A stretch of 64,000 nucleotides of DNA, taken from NCBI RefSeq assembly GCF_009914755.1, contig NC_060935.1; one strand, 5' to 3'. The DNA comes from the human T2T-CHM13v2.0 reference genome, Homo sapiens. The translations under genes and the position numbers were made by a program. Shown here piece by piece: positions 15,892-28,940 of the stretch. Each line of letters begins with the position of its first letter. The first letter of the stretch is position 1. Below the pieces are notes generated by a model. It made no database searches and was not told where the DNA came from. It worked only from the letters and a program-made list of their open reading frames with translations.

Positions 15892-16084
15892 AAAAGTCAC
15901 AACATCTCCTGCACTAGACTATGAACTCACTGAGGATAGGGACATGGTCTTTTTTATACCCATACCATTTGTACTACATTGCCTAGCACAAAGCAACTAC
16001 TCAATGCTTATCAAACTTAACTAAACTCTAATAAAAGGTCAATATGAAGAATTAAAAGAGCAAAAAAGACCATTGGAGGAATTA

Positions 16085-16920
16085 GGGATCCTTGCTATAA
16101 AGTGGAAACACAACTTAGAAGAATTGTGTCCTACAATTATATGGAAAGTAGAGCTTATAAGCAATAAATTTGAATATTTATCTGAGGAGATTTCTAAGTA
16201 AAATATCGAAGGTGCAGCCTAGAGTTGCACTCTGATTTCCTCTTGCTGCTTATAGTAAAATGTGACAAGAAAGAAATAAATTGAGGGAAGAAGTATTGAA
16301 CAAAAAAGAACCAGCACCTATTGATTTGGGAAATTCTCAAAAGACTGCAAAAGACACTAAATTCAGGAAAGACACTAAATTCAGGAGATTCGCTGTCAGG
16401 GAAACATGCTGTAGGAGACAATCAAGGATGGGGCTGGACCACCTATTGTTAGTGCCTCAGAAGGATCAAAGGTCAGAGATTCAATCACACAGAAGGCTCT
16501 GTGAAGAGATTAGGCATGTAACTCATGGATTCTCTCAGCCATCTAATCATAAACAAAAAATAGTTGGAATTTTCCAGATTTGCAAAGGAGCTCCTTGTCT
16601 AATGGAGTAAATCCCTGAGACATACGTGAGAAACTTGTGAGGTTTCGAGAATGTCATGCTCGCAAAAATATTGCCATCTTGGACTGAAAGGGACAAAGAA
16701 AAGATGAAATAAAAGTATTGGACTCCTACAATTCTACAGGCATAAAACAGGCTGATAAGACTACTCATATGCAAACATTTCTTACCCTTCATTAAAAAGA
16801 AAGTATTATTCAGAAGTCAGAGCCATGATTCCTAAGGGCAAATCCACAAAGTTCAGAGAGTAGGGCTGTGGGCCCAAAATTTGTAATAATTTGTTATAGC
16901 AGCAATGGGAAACTCATACC
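16085..16920 (+). mobile_element. MaLR (MLT1-type) internal sequence plus LTR 3' end
   Basis: ttgctataaagtgg...ctgaggagatttctaag...ctcttgctgcttatagtaaaatgtga; ends ttgttatagcagcaatgggaaactcatac. Confidence 0.7.
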
Positions 16921-16974
16921 ATATAAATAACTGAAATTGTTTTGTTTTTGTTTTTGTTTTGTTTTTTCAATGCC

Positions 16975-17115
16975 GGATTCCTTCTTCTAGAAAGTAAGCT
17001 TCATAAAAATCAAAGATCTTGTGTGCCTTGTTCACCATTGTATGTCCAGCACCAAGAATACTGTCCAATGTACTGCAGGTACTCAATAAATATTTGTCAA
17101 ATAATTGAATCAATG
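16975..17115 (+). mobile_element. L2 3' end
   Basis: ctagaaagtaagcttcat...gtactcaataaatatttg. Confidence 0.7.
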
Positions 17116-18370
17116 TATTAATGAGCATAATATATATTAATAGCACAAGTATGGATATAGTTAACCTAGACTGAGAGAGTCATGCAATTCTCAGATCTAA
17201 TTTCAAGCATTTCTCCTCATCTCTAAAAAGTATAGCAAAATGTACCACCAGTATAGGAATGCATTTAACATTATCCTTAAATAATTTAAGACAAGTAAGT
17301 TATGTGCGGATGTTAGTATGTAACTGTGATGGAAGACAAGTGTACTTGTAATATACCTAAAAATGGCCTAGACACATCACTTTATCATAACACTGAATTT
17401 TGGTGACCTTAAAGCTAGGATGCTGTTGAAAGTCATGAGCTTCCTGGATATTACTAACCATAATTGGACCACTTTTCTCCCAATAGATAGAAAACAATAT
17501 TTTATATAATCTTTGAATTTGCTAAAAAAATCCTGAGGCCATTTGCTATTTAGCTGCTGCAGATTTTATCATAGGAAAGTTTATAAGTTGGTTTGTCCTA
17601 TTATAAGGAAACCGGAGATAATCTGGAAGTTGGATCATTTGTAAACTTTGCATACTTTTACACGAATGCGGAATGTCCCAAGGCCAATTTAATTTTCCAA
17701 ATCCAGTAGCTCCATCTGTGGGCCATGCTGAAAGCTACTGCTGCAGTTCTGTGCATTCAAATTTTACCAGCTGATTGCCAAAATCAAGCCCAAGAACCAT
17801 GCATATATATTTTTCATAAATTTTGCTCGTATAAATGGGCTCAGAGTACACCTGAGACAAGAGTAGAGTCTCAAATGGCATGTTCACCCCTTGATCAAAT
17901 CATTTGGCTGTGAAAAGTAATCTAACTAAAATATTCTCCAATTAAGTCATGGCATGCATGGGAGAATTTTTAAAGTATATGTTTAAAAAAGCTGTTTTTT
18001 AATAAGGAGCTGATTTTGATTTCTGATTGTGTTTTGGAGCACACAGATTGCTTCAACGGGAGCAAAAAAAAAGGACAGAAAAAAATTGTGCGTAGGTATT
18101 TAGAAAAGGTGTTTACTAGGGTTCTCATGTATTTTCTTACTAACTCTGGTTGACTCTTGTTTCAACTCTTTAAAAAATGCTTGTTGAGTACCTATCAAGT
18201 GCCCTGGACTTAATCTCTGGTTAAAACCCAACACGGCAAGACACTTTATCATCTATTTCTCAATGACATCTCTATATTCAGCAACAACTCCTCATCAAAA
18301 TTTCAGTGGAAGGAAAGAAGAATTCATCTCAGATATGTGTCTAGTTTAAAGGCCAGATAATAATGGCTCG

Positions 18371-18916
18371 TGTTGATTATCTGTGGCTAAGTGACAAATT
18401 ACCCCCAAATTTAGTAATTTTAAAGCAGTGAAAATATATTATCTCATTGTTTCTGTGGTTTAGGGATTCAGGTCTGGCTAAGAAGACTGCCTTTGATGCA
18501 GAGTCTCTCTCAAGACCACAATCAAATTTTACATCAGGGACGTGTCAACCCAAGGCCTAAATAAGGGATGACTCACTCCCAAGCTCACTCACATGACAGT
18601 TGGCAGGTCTCAGGGCCTCAGTGCTGTTGGCTGGAGACATCAGTTTTCTGCCACAACAGACTTTCCACTGGGTACTCACAACACGGCTGTTGGCTTCCTT
18701 AGAATCAACCTGCAAGAGAAGAGAGAACACACAAGATGGAAGCCACATCTTGTGTAACCTAATGTCTGAAGTGCCATTCCCTTACTTTTATGGATTTTTA
18801 TTGATTAGAAGTTAGTAAGTAGGTCCAGCCCATACAAAAGGGAAGGAGATTACACCAGGGGATGAAGAGCAGGAGGCAGGAATCTTTGGAGGCCATCTTA
18901 GAGGCTGCCTACGATA
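18371..18916 (-). mobile_element. MLT1 (E/F-like) LTR
   Basis: acaaattacccccaaatttag...gaggccatcttagaggctgcctac. Confidence 0.75.
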
Positions 18917-18948
18917 GCTTCCTACTAAAAAATTTGAGATTCTCATAT

Positions 18949-19430
18949 TGTGATGGTTAATTTTATATTATCAGCTTGGCTAGGTTATGGTAACAAGTTA
19001 TTTGATGAAACACTAGACTAGGTGTTTCTGTAAAAGTACTTTTTCCATGTTATTAAAATCTGCGATCAGTGGACTTTAAGTAAAGCCAATTACCCTTCAT
19101 AATGTGGGTGGGCTTCATCAGTTAAAGACCTTAAAGAGCAAAAATTGGGGTTTCCAGAAAAAGAAAGAATTTTGCCCCCAGACTGCAGCATAAAAATTCT
19201 GCCTGAGTTTCCAGCCTTCAAGCTCAAAACTACAACATTACTGTTACCTGAATCTCCAGCCTGATGCTTACCCTACAGATTCCAGTCTGCCTCACAGTCA
19301 TATGAGTCAATTCAATAAATTAATAAACTGTCTTTGTCTTTTGGTGTCAGATAGGCAGGTAGATAGATAGATAGATAGATATGCATACATTCTGTTGGTT
19401 GTGTTTCTCTGGATGACCCTGTCTAATAAA
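18949..19430 (+). mobile_element. MLT2 (ERVL) LTR with internal (GATA)n
   Basis: Starts tgtgatggttaatttta, ends gaccctgtctaata. Flanks CATAT/TATAT. Confidence 0.8.
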
Positions 19431-22400
19431 TATATAATATGAAAATAATAGTAATATCTGACCTAATTACCACTCAGGATTAGTGTAAGGCTAAAATATA
19501 GTTGCATATTAAACAAACATTGTTTTTAGAGTCACAAGAGACCTGCGTTCAAAACCCAGCACTGTCCCTTACATAGTATTTTTCTGACCTTGAGCAAACT
19601 TCTTACCTTCCTGGATTTGTATGAATATTTGAGAAAAAGATATGGTATGAAATCATGAGAGAAAAAAATAGCTTGAATATGGTAGTCATTTGATCAAAGT
19701 TTGTTTAAAGAATATATATATATGTTACCAAACATAAACTACGTAATTATTATTTTTCATATACTAATTGTTGCTACTACTACTAGCATAGTTTGCTATC
19801 TCCAAATAGTACAGATTTTATGTGGATAAAAGAAATTAGCACCAGTTCTCTTTTCACTGTTTGAAATGTTTTTCCTACCAACTGGAAACACAAAAATAAA
19901 CACCAAATTGGGCATTTAGAGGTAGAATAAATAAATCACAGTTAAAAGCAGTCAATTAATCAAACTTTTGTTTTTAAATCAACGTGTTCTCACATTTGTT
20001 ACCACGTTAATTATTGTGGCAAGGTTTTTCAAAGTTGCTTAGAAGATTCAGCCACATTTCAGTCCAGATGTGTGTTAGCCTTAATATGTTTTATATGTAA
20101 ATATTGACAATGTTTCTTTGGGGGCATTTTAGCTATCTCATGTTTCTATTCAGCTTAACAGAACATTCATTCACTTTTTCTCACTTAGACAGTGAAAGCA
20201 AGCATTAGCTTGTAAATCATGTCATTACATGAAAAAAAACAATAGAATCAACAGACAATTGGGATTGTGCAAAACTCTTTGTTTAATCTGTCTGGCAGGG
20301 GTGAACACCCTACTGGTAGAATATATGTATAATCCTGCCTTAATGAGCTCTATTTACTAACTCTGTTATTTATGAATATATATGATTTATTCAAAATTGT
20401 TATCAGTATTTCTCAGTGGGTACATTTATGGAAGATCAATGTAATATTGTGTGGTGCACATATCAATATACTGAGGTTCAAACAATGATTCCACTAACCA
20501 TGCTTGTATCCATGTGGTGTTAAGTTATTTAACCTCTCTCTGAGCCTTAGTTTTCTCATTTTAGAGTGAATGAGTCAGAATAAAATACTTCTGTGAGCCT
20601 GAGAATAATTGAAAACTTCAAATTCTTCATGTGGAAAAAAAATACGTAACAAAATGTTCTAGGCCAAATTATATTACCCCTTGCTTAATTTATCTGTAAG
20701 TCATTAATAACTACATGTTGAACAATTAATGGCTTCTTATTTACCAAACTGTCAAGTGAGTCCTCTAGAAAAGCTCCAAGAAAATGAAAAAATAGTTAAA
20801 TGCAAATCTAAAGGATAATCACAAAATCACCAGGACCAAATAAATTGTGTAATAATACAATATAAGCATAAAGCATACAATTTTTCAAGTAATTGTTTTT
20901 ATTATTATTACTCATAGTTGATTCAAGACTTAAGTAGTTCTAGTAAGCCCTCATTACCTGCCCTTCCATCTTTACTTCTGGTAAGGAGTTTTCAGATCTG
21001 AAGTGATTTGATGAAAATAAATGGGAGAAGAGACTATTTAGTTCCAAACTAAAGAATTGGAACTGTGAATTTGCTTTGAAATTATCTCTCTTCTTCATCA
21101 GCTGTCAGGGAGATGAGAGCACAGATAGAATGCAGCTGTTTCGGCAACACTCAAAACTGCAGGATGATACTAAGGGACCAAGCACAACCATGCAGCCTTG
21201 AAGTACAAATCTTATGTGAAGCACTGGATAATAATCTATAAATCTATTAACACAGAGTTACTTTGCAATGAATTCCAAAACATGTTTCATAACCTCTAAC
21301 TCTAGTTTTAAGAACTAAAAAAAGGGTAAAATTTATTAGAATTTCTCAATCCTGTAGAATCTCTTATAACATTTTCTCACTCTAGCAATTACTCACAGTC
21401 TACAGCAGCTTAAGATGGAAGATCTTGAACCACTGGGGTTATTTCTGTCTCCTTACACACTACCCCGAGATGTTGTCCTTTGAGGATGTACCATATCTGT
21501 CTCCCTTTCCTTAAAAATGTAACTAACCATCTTCAATATTCTGATGTACATTAACCATCACGAATAAAAGCAATAGTTAATCAAAAGTGTGGTGCATTGA
21601 CTTCCATGGGTATATCCAGGAACACAGGTAATATTATTGAATAGAATCTAATCACTTGCTGGGCCACTTTAGGGTTACTGTGCACCTTAAGATTAGCCCA
21701 AACAAATGCAAGTTGCATTTTCTGTCTTTCTTGCCTCCACGGAATAAGCACGTCTGGGCAGTAAGCCCGTAGGACCTTGAACATTCATTTTCTCTGTTTT
21801 GGATTTCAGTCTGTGTCACTAAGTCCAGTCCATGCTCTCCTTGGCATTCAATCTCATATATCCGGGACAGAAAATAAAGAGGAATAGCCTTCGTTTATGT
21901 CTCTAGCCTTAGATGTGTTCTCTAGTAGAGTTCACCAGAGTACTCTGAATTTGGCTTGTGTTTGCCTAGTCATTAATAAAGTGAAAGTTTGTTCTCTGTT
22001 TGGCTCTTGTTTCCTGGTATATAATCCTTTGTCAGGAAACCCAGAATGGGAGGAAATAAGAAGCATAGAATTCAGCCACCAAATCTTCCTCCTGTGTGTC
22101 TAAAATGCCCCTTCCTCAAACTTCCATACTACTTTTATAGGATACTTCTTAAACCTATTTTTTTAATTCGGTATTATAAATTTTTATAAAAGAAGCTTTA
22201 TATAAATACTAAAATTATTTCTTATAACTAATAGGTAACAATGAGCCTTACATATGGATTTTGATAGTTAGAACTAAGTTGATTATGATTAAGTACAATT
22301 TAATTTTTGGAATGTTCCCAATCCTCTGTGCAACTCACAGAAATTATTTATAGTCAACAGTGTTTCTGAGATAAGTTATTCAACATTATAGGCAGAATGG

Positions 22401-23204
22401 ATGATACTTCTAACTCAACCCTTTTTCTTACACCCTTCAAAATAATTGCCAAATTATCTATTGCCTCTTAATTTTAAAATGTAAAATATAAGCAATAATA
22501 ATAGTACCATAAATTTGTTTAATACTTCAGTGTAGTCATTTCCAGTCAAAAGGCAAAAGATGAATGTTTGCAATGAATTTTCAACTCTACAATTAAATGA
22601 GAAAAAAATAATAACAAAAATAGGACAAGCAGGTTTCAATTTTGGATCACAAAAGGCCATTTCTCAAATCAAAATAATAAGAAAACAGTGAATAAGGTAA
22701 AAAAAAAAAATAGAAACTTTAATCTCATCAGAGGGTTGATGTTGATGATGTTAAAAAGGAAAATTTAACTAAATTCCAAAAAGTTATAAACCCTTTCAAG
22801 GCGAATCCTGAAAGCTAAGGAGCAAACCCATCATATGTAAGGAGCTTTGCTGGTGTTATGAAAAAGAAGCAAAATATAATGGCCATACATAAATAACATA
22901 TTGGATATAATTCTGAAGATTCTCAGATTCAGAGCAAATTCCATATATGCTGCAAATTATTTCCAAAAGTGTGCTCACCAATTACACAGTGGCACATCAA
23001 AGACCTGAAGTAGGAAGGCAGAAAGAGAGAGAGCATACTGCCAGGGCTCAGAAAGCCATGAGCAAAATTAAAAAGCAGAGAGAGAGCTATTCAATAGCCC
23101 ACAAAACTAACAGGTTAACTGTAAAACAGAGATAACCAGAATCTCACTGAGGTTTATATCTCAACCCTTGCTGAATGGGAGTCTTGAAAATACCCTCAAA
23201 AAGT

Positions 23205-24300
23205 TTAATTTCAAATTCCATTTTGTTCATTGCTGGCATATGGGAACATGACCAACTTTTGGATATTAAACTTGTATCCTGCAACCTTGCTATATTTCTT
23301 ATTAGTTACAAGAGTTTTTTGGTCAATTATTTCGTATTTTTTACAAACACAGTTATGCACAGTCAAAGATATTTTGTATTTTTTTCCCAATCTTTCTTTT
23401 ATATCCTTCTCTAGTCTAATTGTATTGGTGAGTACTTCCAGTATGACATTGAAAAGCAACAGTGAGATGAGATATCCTTTCCTTGAGATAAGACATTCTT
23501 TCCTTGTTCCTTATCTTAGCAGAAAAATTCTGACTTTCTCACCATTAAGTATAATGGTGACTATAGGGTTTTTGTACATGCTCATTTTCAAGTTGAAAAG
23601 GTTATTTTCTATTCCTTGTTTGCTGAGAGTTTTATCAAGAATGGATGTTAGATTTTGTCAAATATTTTCCCATCTATTCATATAATCATGAATGGATTTT
23701 GATAGAACTAAGTTGATTATGATCTAGTACAATTTAATTTTTGGAATGTGCGCAATCCTCTGTGCAACTCATGTAATTTTTTTTCTTTTCAGCCTATTGA
23801 TGTGAGGAATTACTTAATTGATTTATTGATTTTTAAAACTTTTTTAAAATTAATTTTTAAAATTAATTAATTTTTGAATGTTGAACCAGCCTTGTATACA
23901 TGAGGTAAATACAACTTTGTCATGGTATATTATCCTTTTTATACATTCTAGAATTTAATTTGCTAAGATTTTATTGAGGCTTTTTGCATTTGTGTTTATT
24001 AGAGGTTTCAGTCTATAGTTTCTTATAATGGGTTTGTTAGGTTTTGGTATTAGGGTAATGCTGGCCACATAAAATGAGTTAGGAAGTATTCCCTCTACTA
24101 CCTTCTGGAAGAGATTGTAGAGGGTTGGTATAATTTCAACCTTACATGCTGGATACAATTCACCACTGAACCCATTTGGGCCTAGTGTTTTCTATTTTGG
24201 AAGGCTATTAATTATTGATTCAATTTATTTAATTGATATAAATTTATTCATATTTTCTATTTAATTGGTGTGAGTTTTGGTAGATTGTGTCTTTCAAGGA
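23205..24300 (-). mobile_element. Old L1M (L1MC/MD-like) ORF2 fragment
   Basis: Minus ORFs MLFNVILEVLTNTIR... and EGILPNSFYVASITLIPKP...NAKSLNKILAN. Confidence 0.85.
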
Positions 24301-24322
24301 ATTATATATAGTAATATATAAT

Positions 24323-24670
24323 TATATATTATAAATTATATATTTAATATTAATTATGTATTATAATGTATTATATAATATTCCTTTAAAGTGACAAAAA
24401 TATTTCTTGAAATATTAAGCAAATATAGCAATATAATATATAACTATATTCTATTATAATGTATTTTATAATATACAATACATTAAATCAATCAATATAT
24501 ATATATCATAAATTATATATTTAATATTAATTATATTCTGTATTATAATTATATAATATTCCTTTAAAGTGACAAAAATATTTCTTGAACTATTAAGCAA
24601 ATATAGCAATAGAATATATAACTATATTCTATTATAATGTATTTTATAATATACAATAGATTAAATCAAT
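24323..24670. repeat. AT-rich ~178-bp tandem duplication (2 copies)
   Basis: ttcctttaaagtgacaaaaatatttcttga at 24381 and 24559; ttaaatcaat at 24483 and 24661. Confidence 0.95.
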
Positions 24671-27600
24671 TATTAATGACTCTCCAAAATAGAAAGCACT
24701 AGCCCTAGATGGTTCCACCAGTAAATTTTCCCCAACATTTAAACAAGAAATGATACCAATTCTCTACAATATCTTCCAAAAAATAGAAGCTGAGTAAATA
24801 CTTTCTAACTCATTCTACAAGGCTAACATAACCCTAATGCCAAAATCAGGTAAAGACATTAAGGAAAGAAAAAGTACAGACTAATATCTCTTGTAAATAT
24901 AGATTTAAAAGCACACAATACAATATTAACAAATCAATTAGAATATGTATAAAAGCAACTATACACTAGAAACAAGTGAGATTTATTCTAGGTATGCAAG
25001 ACTGTTAACATTCAAAAACTGATCCACTGTAATCCATCCCATCAATCTGCTAATTAAGAGGAAAAGCATACAATCATATCGGTTAACGCAAAAAAAAAAA
25101 AAAAAAAAAACCCAGCATGTGACAGAGTCCAGCATCCACTGCTGATAAAAACTTTTAAACTAGGAATAGAGGAGAAATTCCTCACTCAATAAAGAATGTT
25201 TGCCAAAAACAAACAAACAAACAAAACACAAAAAAAATCCTACAACTAACATTATACTTAATAGCAAGAAAATTTACATTTTCTTACTAAGAACAGAAAC
25301 AAAACAAGGTTGCGTTCTCTCACCACTCCTAATTGTAATAGAGGTCCTCACTAATGCAATAAGACAGAAAAGAGAGTAAACATATATAAATTGGGAAGGA
25401 AGAAAAATAACTGTCTTGATTCACAGCTGACATGGTTGCCTATGTAAAAATTCCTTTAAAAATGACCAAAAAAATTCTGGAACTAATAAGTGAGTATAGC
25501 AAGTTTCCAAGATACAAGGTTAATATAAAAAGTTAAATTGCCTTTCCATATGCCAGCATTGAACAATGAAAATTTGAAATTTAAAAAGCAGTAACATTAT
25601 AACATCACCAAAAAATAAAATACTTAGATATACATATAATAAAATACATACAGCTCTATATGTGAAAAACCATAATACTCTAATGAAAGAACTCAAAGAT
25701 TTCAATAAGTAGAGAAATATACCATGATCATGGATTTAAACATAATATTGTTAAGATGTTGATTCTTCACAATATGATCCATAAAGACAATGTAATCGCA
25801 GTCAAAATCTCAACAAACTATTTTGTAGATCTCTACACACTAATTCTAAAGTTCATGTGGAAAAGCAAAATACCTAGAATGGCAATACAATGCTAAAGAA
25901 CAAATCTGTAAGACTCACACTACCCAATTTTAAGACTTACTATAAAGCTGCAGTAATCAAAATAGAACTACCTCATTGAAACAACAGACACACAGACCAA
26001 TGGAACAGAATAGACAGCCCAGAAGTAGATCCAGACAAATATAATTAAGTGATCTTTGTCAAAGGAGCAAAGGCAGCTCAATGGAGGTAGTCTTTTCAAC
26101 AAATTGTGCTGAAACAATTAAACAACAACAGAGACCCCACAAGAACAGAACAAAACAAAACAAAAACAACTAGAACAAAATCCTATAGCTTTCACAAAAA
26201 ATATTTTAAGATAGATCATAGCCTAAATGTAAAACTCAACATTATAAAACTTCTAGAAGAAAACACGAGAAAAATCTAAGTGACTTGGGGTTTAGCTATG
26301 AGTCTTTACACACAACGCCAAATGTTGAAAGAAGTTAACAAGTTAAAATATATTAAAATTTAAAACTTCTCTGCAAAGTAAACTGTTAAGAAAATATTTT
26401 TAAAGCCACAGGTAAGAATAAAGTACTTGCAAAATATAATATCTGGTTTTTAAAAACTTGTTTCTTAAAGTTCTACTCTTACCTTGACTAAAAAAAAAAA
26501 AAAGAAAAAACTGGTTTCTAAAATACATAACAACCCTTAGAACTCAGCAATAAGTAGACGGCTTAACTTTAAAACATGCAAACAACCTGAACAGACACCT
26601 CTATAAAGTAAATATATAGATGGAGAATAGCAAATGAAAAGACGATTAGCATAATTTGTCATTAAAAACTGACAATACTAATTGCTGGCGAATACTCAGA
26701 GGAGCAGGATCTCACATTCACTGCTGGTGGAAATGCAAAATATTAATAGTTCAGTCACTTTGAAAGACATTCTTCTAGTTTCTTACAAGGCTAAACATAA
26801 TCTTACCCTTTGATCCAGCCATCATACTCCTAAATATTTAACCAACTGATTGAAAACTATGTCTACAGAAAATCCTTTATGCAAATCTTTATAGTAGTTT
26901 TAATAACCCCAAACTGGAAGCAATTTAAATGTTCTTCACAAGGTGAATGAATAAACAAACTGGGATATCTGCACAAGTGAATATTACTCAGCCATGAGAA
27001 CAAATGAGCTACTAAGTAACAAAAAGAGATGGATGAAAATGAAACGTTTATTGCCAAATTAAAGAAGCCATTATGAAAAAGCTACATACTGGACTGTTTC
27101 ATTTATATGGCATTCTAGAATTGACAAAATTCTAAAAAGATCAGCTGTCTTTAAGGGTTCCATGAGAGAGAAGAGAGGGTTAAACTGGTGAAGCACAGTG
27201 GAGTTTTAAGGGTGGTGAACATATCCTATATGATACTTTAATATAGGATACATGACACTGCATTTATCAAAACCCATTGAATTTTACAGCACAGAGAGTA
27301 AACCTTAATATATGAAACTTCTTTAATCATTTAGAAGGTCAGAAGTCCCAGAATGGAATGCAAAAATGTGACAAAACAACCTCACTATATGTATAAAATG
27401 TATGATGTATGAAAAAACGTGTGAAATAATAACACTGAGGGAGTTGTGGAAAGAAACACAGGCATAAATAACTTTGGAAATGAAGAGAATCTACAAGACT
27501 AAAGTAAAAGACACTTATATAAGTACGATAGTCTAGTTGATAGCTTTTTCCCATAAGAGTATACATTAACAATTCTGATGCCACTACGCATGTATAATGA

Positions 27601-28940
27601 ATTGAGCAATTAAGTAAATGAGTGGCAGATGGTGGGAGCCAGGTTCCTTTCTGATGGAGTAGGAGTTCACAGATAAGTAAGGAAAGAGGCTAAAATGATC
27701 CAAGTGGTAATAGATTAGAATTGGAGATATGAACTCATGCTTAGTTTCTTATAGATATATATGCTTCTGTATATAAATATCTAAAGGTACATGTATATAA
27801 ATGGCTTATTAGACACACTTATATTCCCTTGCTGTGCCAGCTTAAGAGAGCTGGAAGAAATGACACACTCATAGCAGAAGCACAACTGGCACTGAGATCT
27901 TGGTTTGTAATACCATTCACCAACAAAAGGAACCAGGGACCCTTAGACAAATGACTGATTCTACAACTGGGGTAGCAAATGATGGTAGGAAATGGGATAC
28001 AAGATGAGCCTGGAGCATGTTGTGCCAGGAAGTAAGTGCTCATAAAAATTATCTCTATAATTACATGGATATATCAAAGGGACACAGAAGCCAACTAAAA
28101 GAACTGCTAATGGCCAAAACATGAACAATTTGAGCAATAAAATCAAGTAGAAATGGATTATAATTCAAAGTATAAAAATAAATATTCATAAGTCTATACT
28201 GATATAATAATTGAACAAATAAAGATATGAGGAAGAAAAGATAAATTTTCCATGCAGAAGAATTCTAAATCACTTATATGCCTAACTCCCCACTCCTAAA
28301 GTGTGTGATATGCATAGTGACTTTCTTCCAAAGAATATGGTCTGGAAATGGGGGAGGTGGGAGAGTAACTTTATGACTTTATTATGGAGAAAACTGGCAA
28401 ACACTAGCTCAGTCAGTAATAAAGCTTAACATTAAAAAGGATGTTATGTTGATCATGTGTACCCTTGATAGGATGTGAAGAAAATGACATTTTACCTGTG
28501 TAATCTTCCTCCCCAAAACCCTTAACTCCAGTCTAATCATAACAATTAGACAAATTTCAATTCTAGTACTGGCATTCTAGAAAATACCAGTACGCCTCAA
28601 AACTATCTATGTCATCAAAAGCCAAGAAAGTCTGAGAAACTATTATAGTGAAGGGGAGCTGACAGAGACATAATGAATACATATAATGTGGTACTCTGGA
28701 TAAGATCCAGATTATAAAAAGAACATTAGGAAAAAATAAGGAAATCTGAATAAAGTGCAGACTTTTTAATTAATAATAATAAATCCATATTGGTTCATTA
28801 ATTATAATAAATGTACCAGTTTGATGTAGGATGTTATTAATAGGGCAAACTGGTTATGGAATATATGGGAATTCTCTGTACAATATTCAAACTTTTTCTG
28901 TTAATCTGCCACTGTTATAAATTAAAAGTATTTTAAAAGG
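24661..28940 (+). mobile_element. Old L1M (L1MC/MD-like) ORF2 plus long 3'UTR
   Basis: Continuous degenerate ORF2, then 3'UTR motifs (aaaaggaaccagggac..., gatgagcctggagcat, tatgggaattctctgtac). Confidence 0.85.

Larger units (their letters stand above)
13750..16020 (+). mobile_element. L2 3' region split by the L1PA7 insertion (pieces ~13750-14019 and 15909-16020)
   Basis: ...catctc|ctgcactagactatgaactcactgaggataggg is the L2 3' motif, continuous once the insert between the TSDs is removed. Confidence 0.65.

Noticed and set aside
15465-15900. Five overlapping Ile/Tyr-rich ORFs of up to 137 aa
   Set aside because: Artefacts of translating a (TA)n tract
21581-21784. 67-aa minus ORF in unique DNA
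   Set aside because: No homology recognised; length within chance expectation
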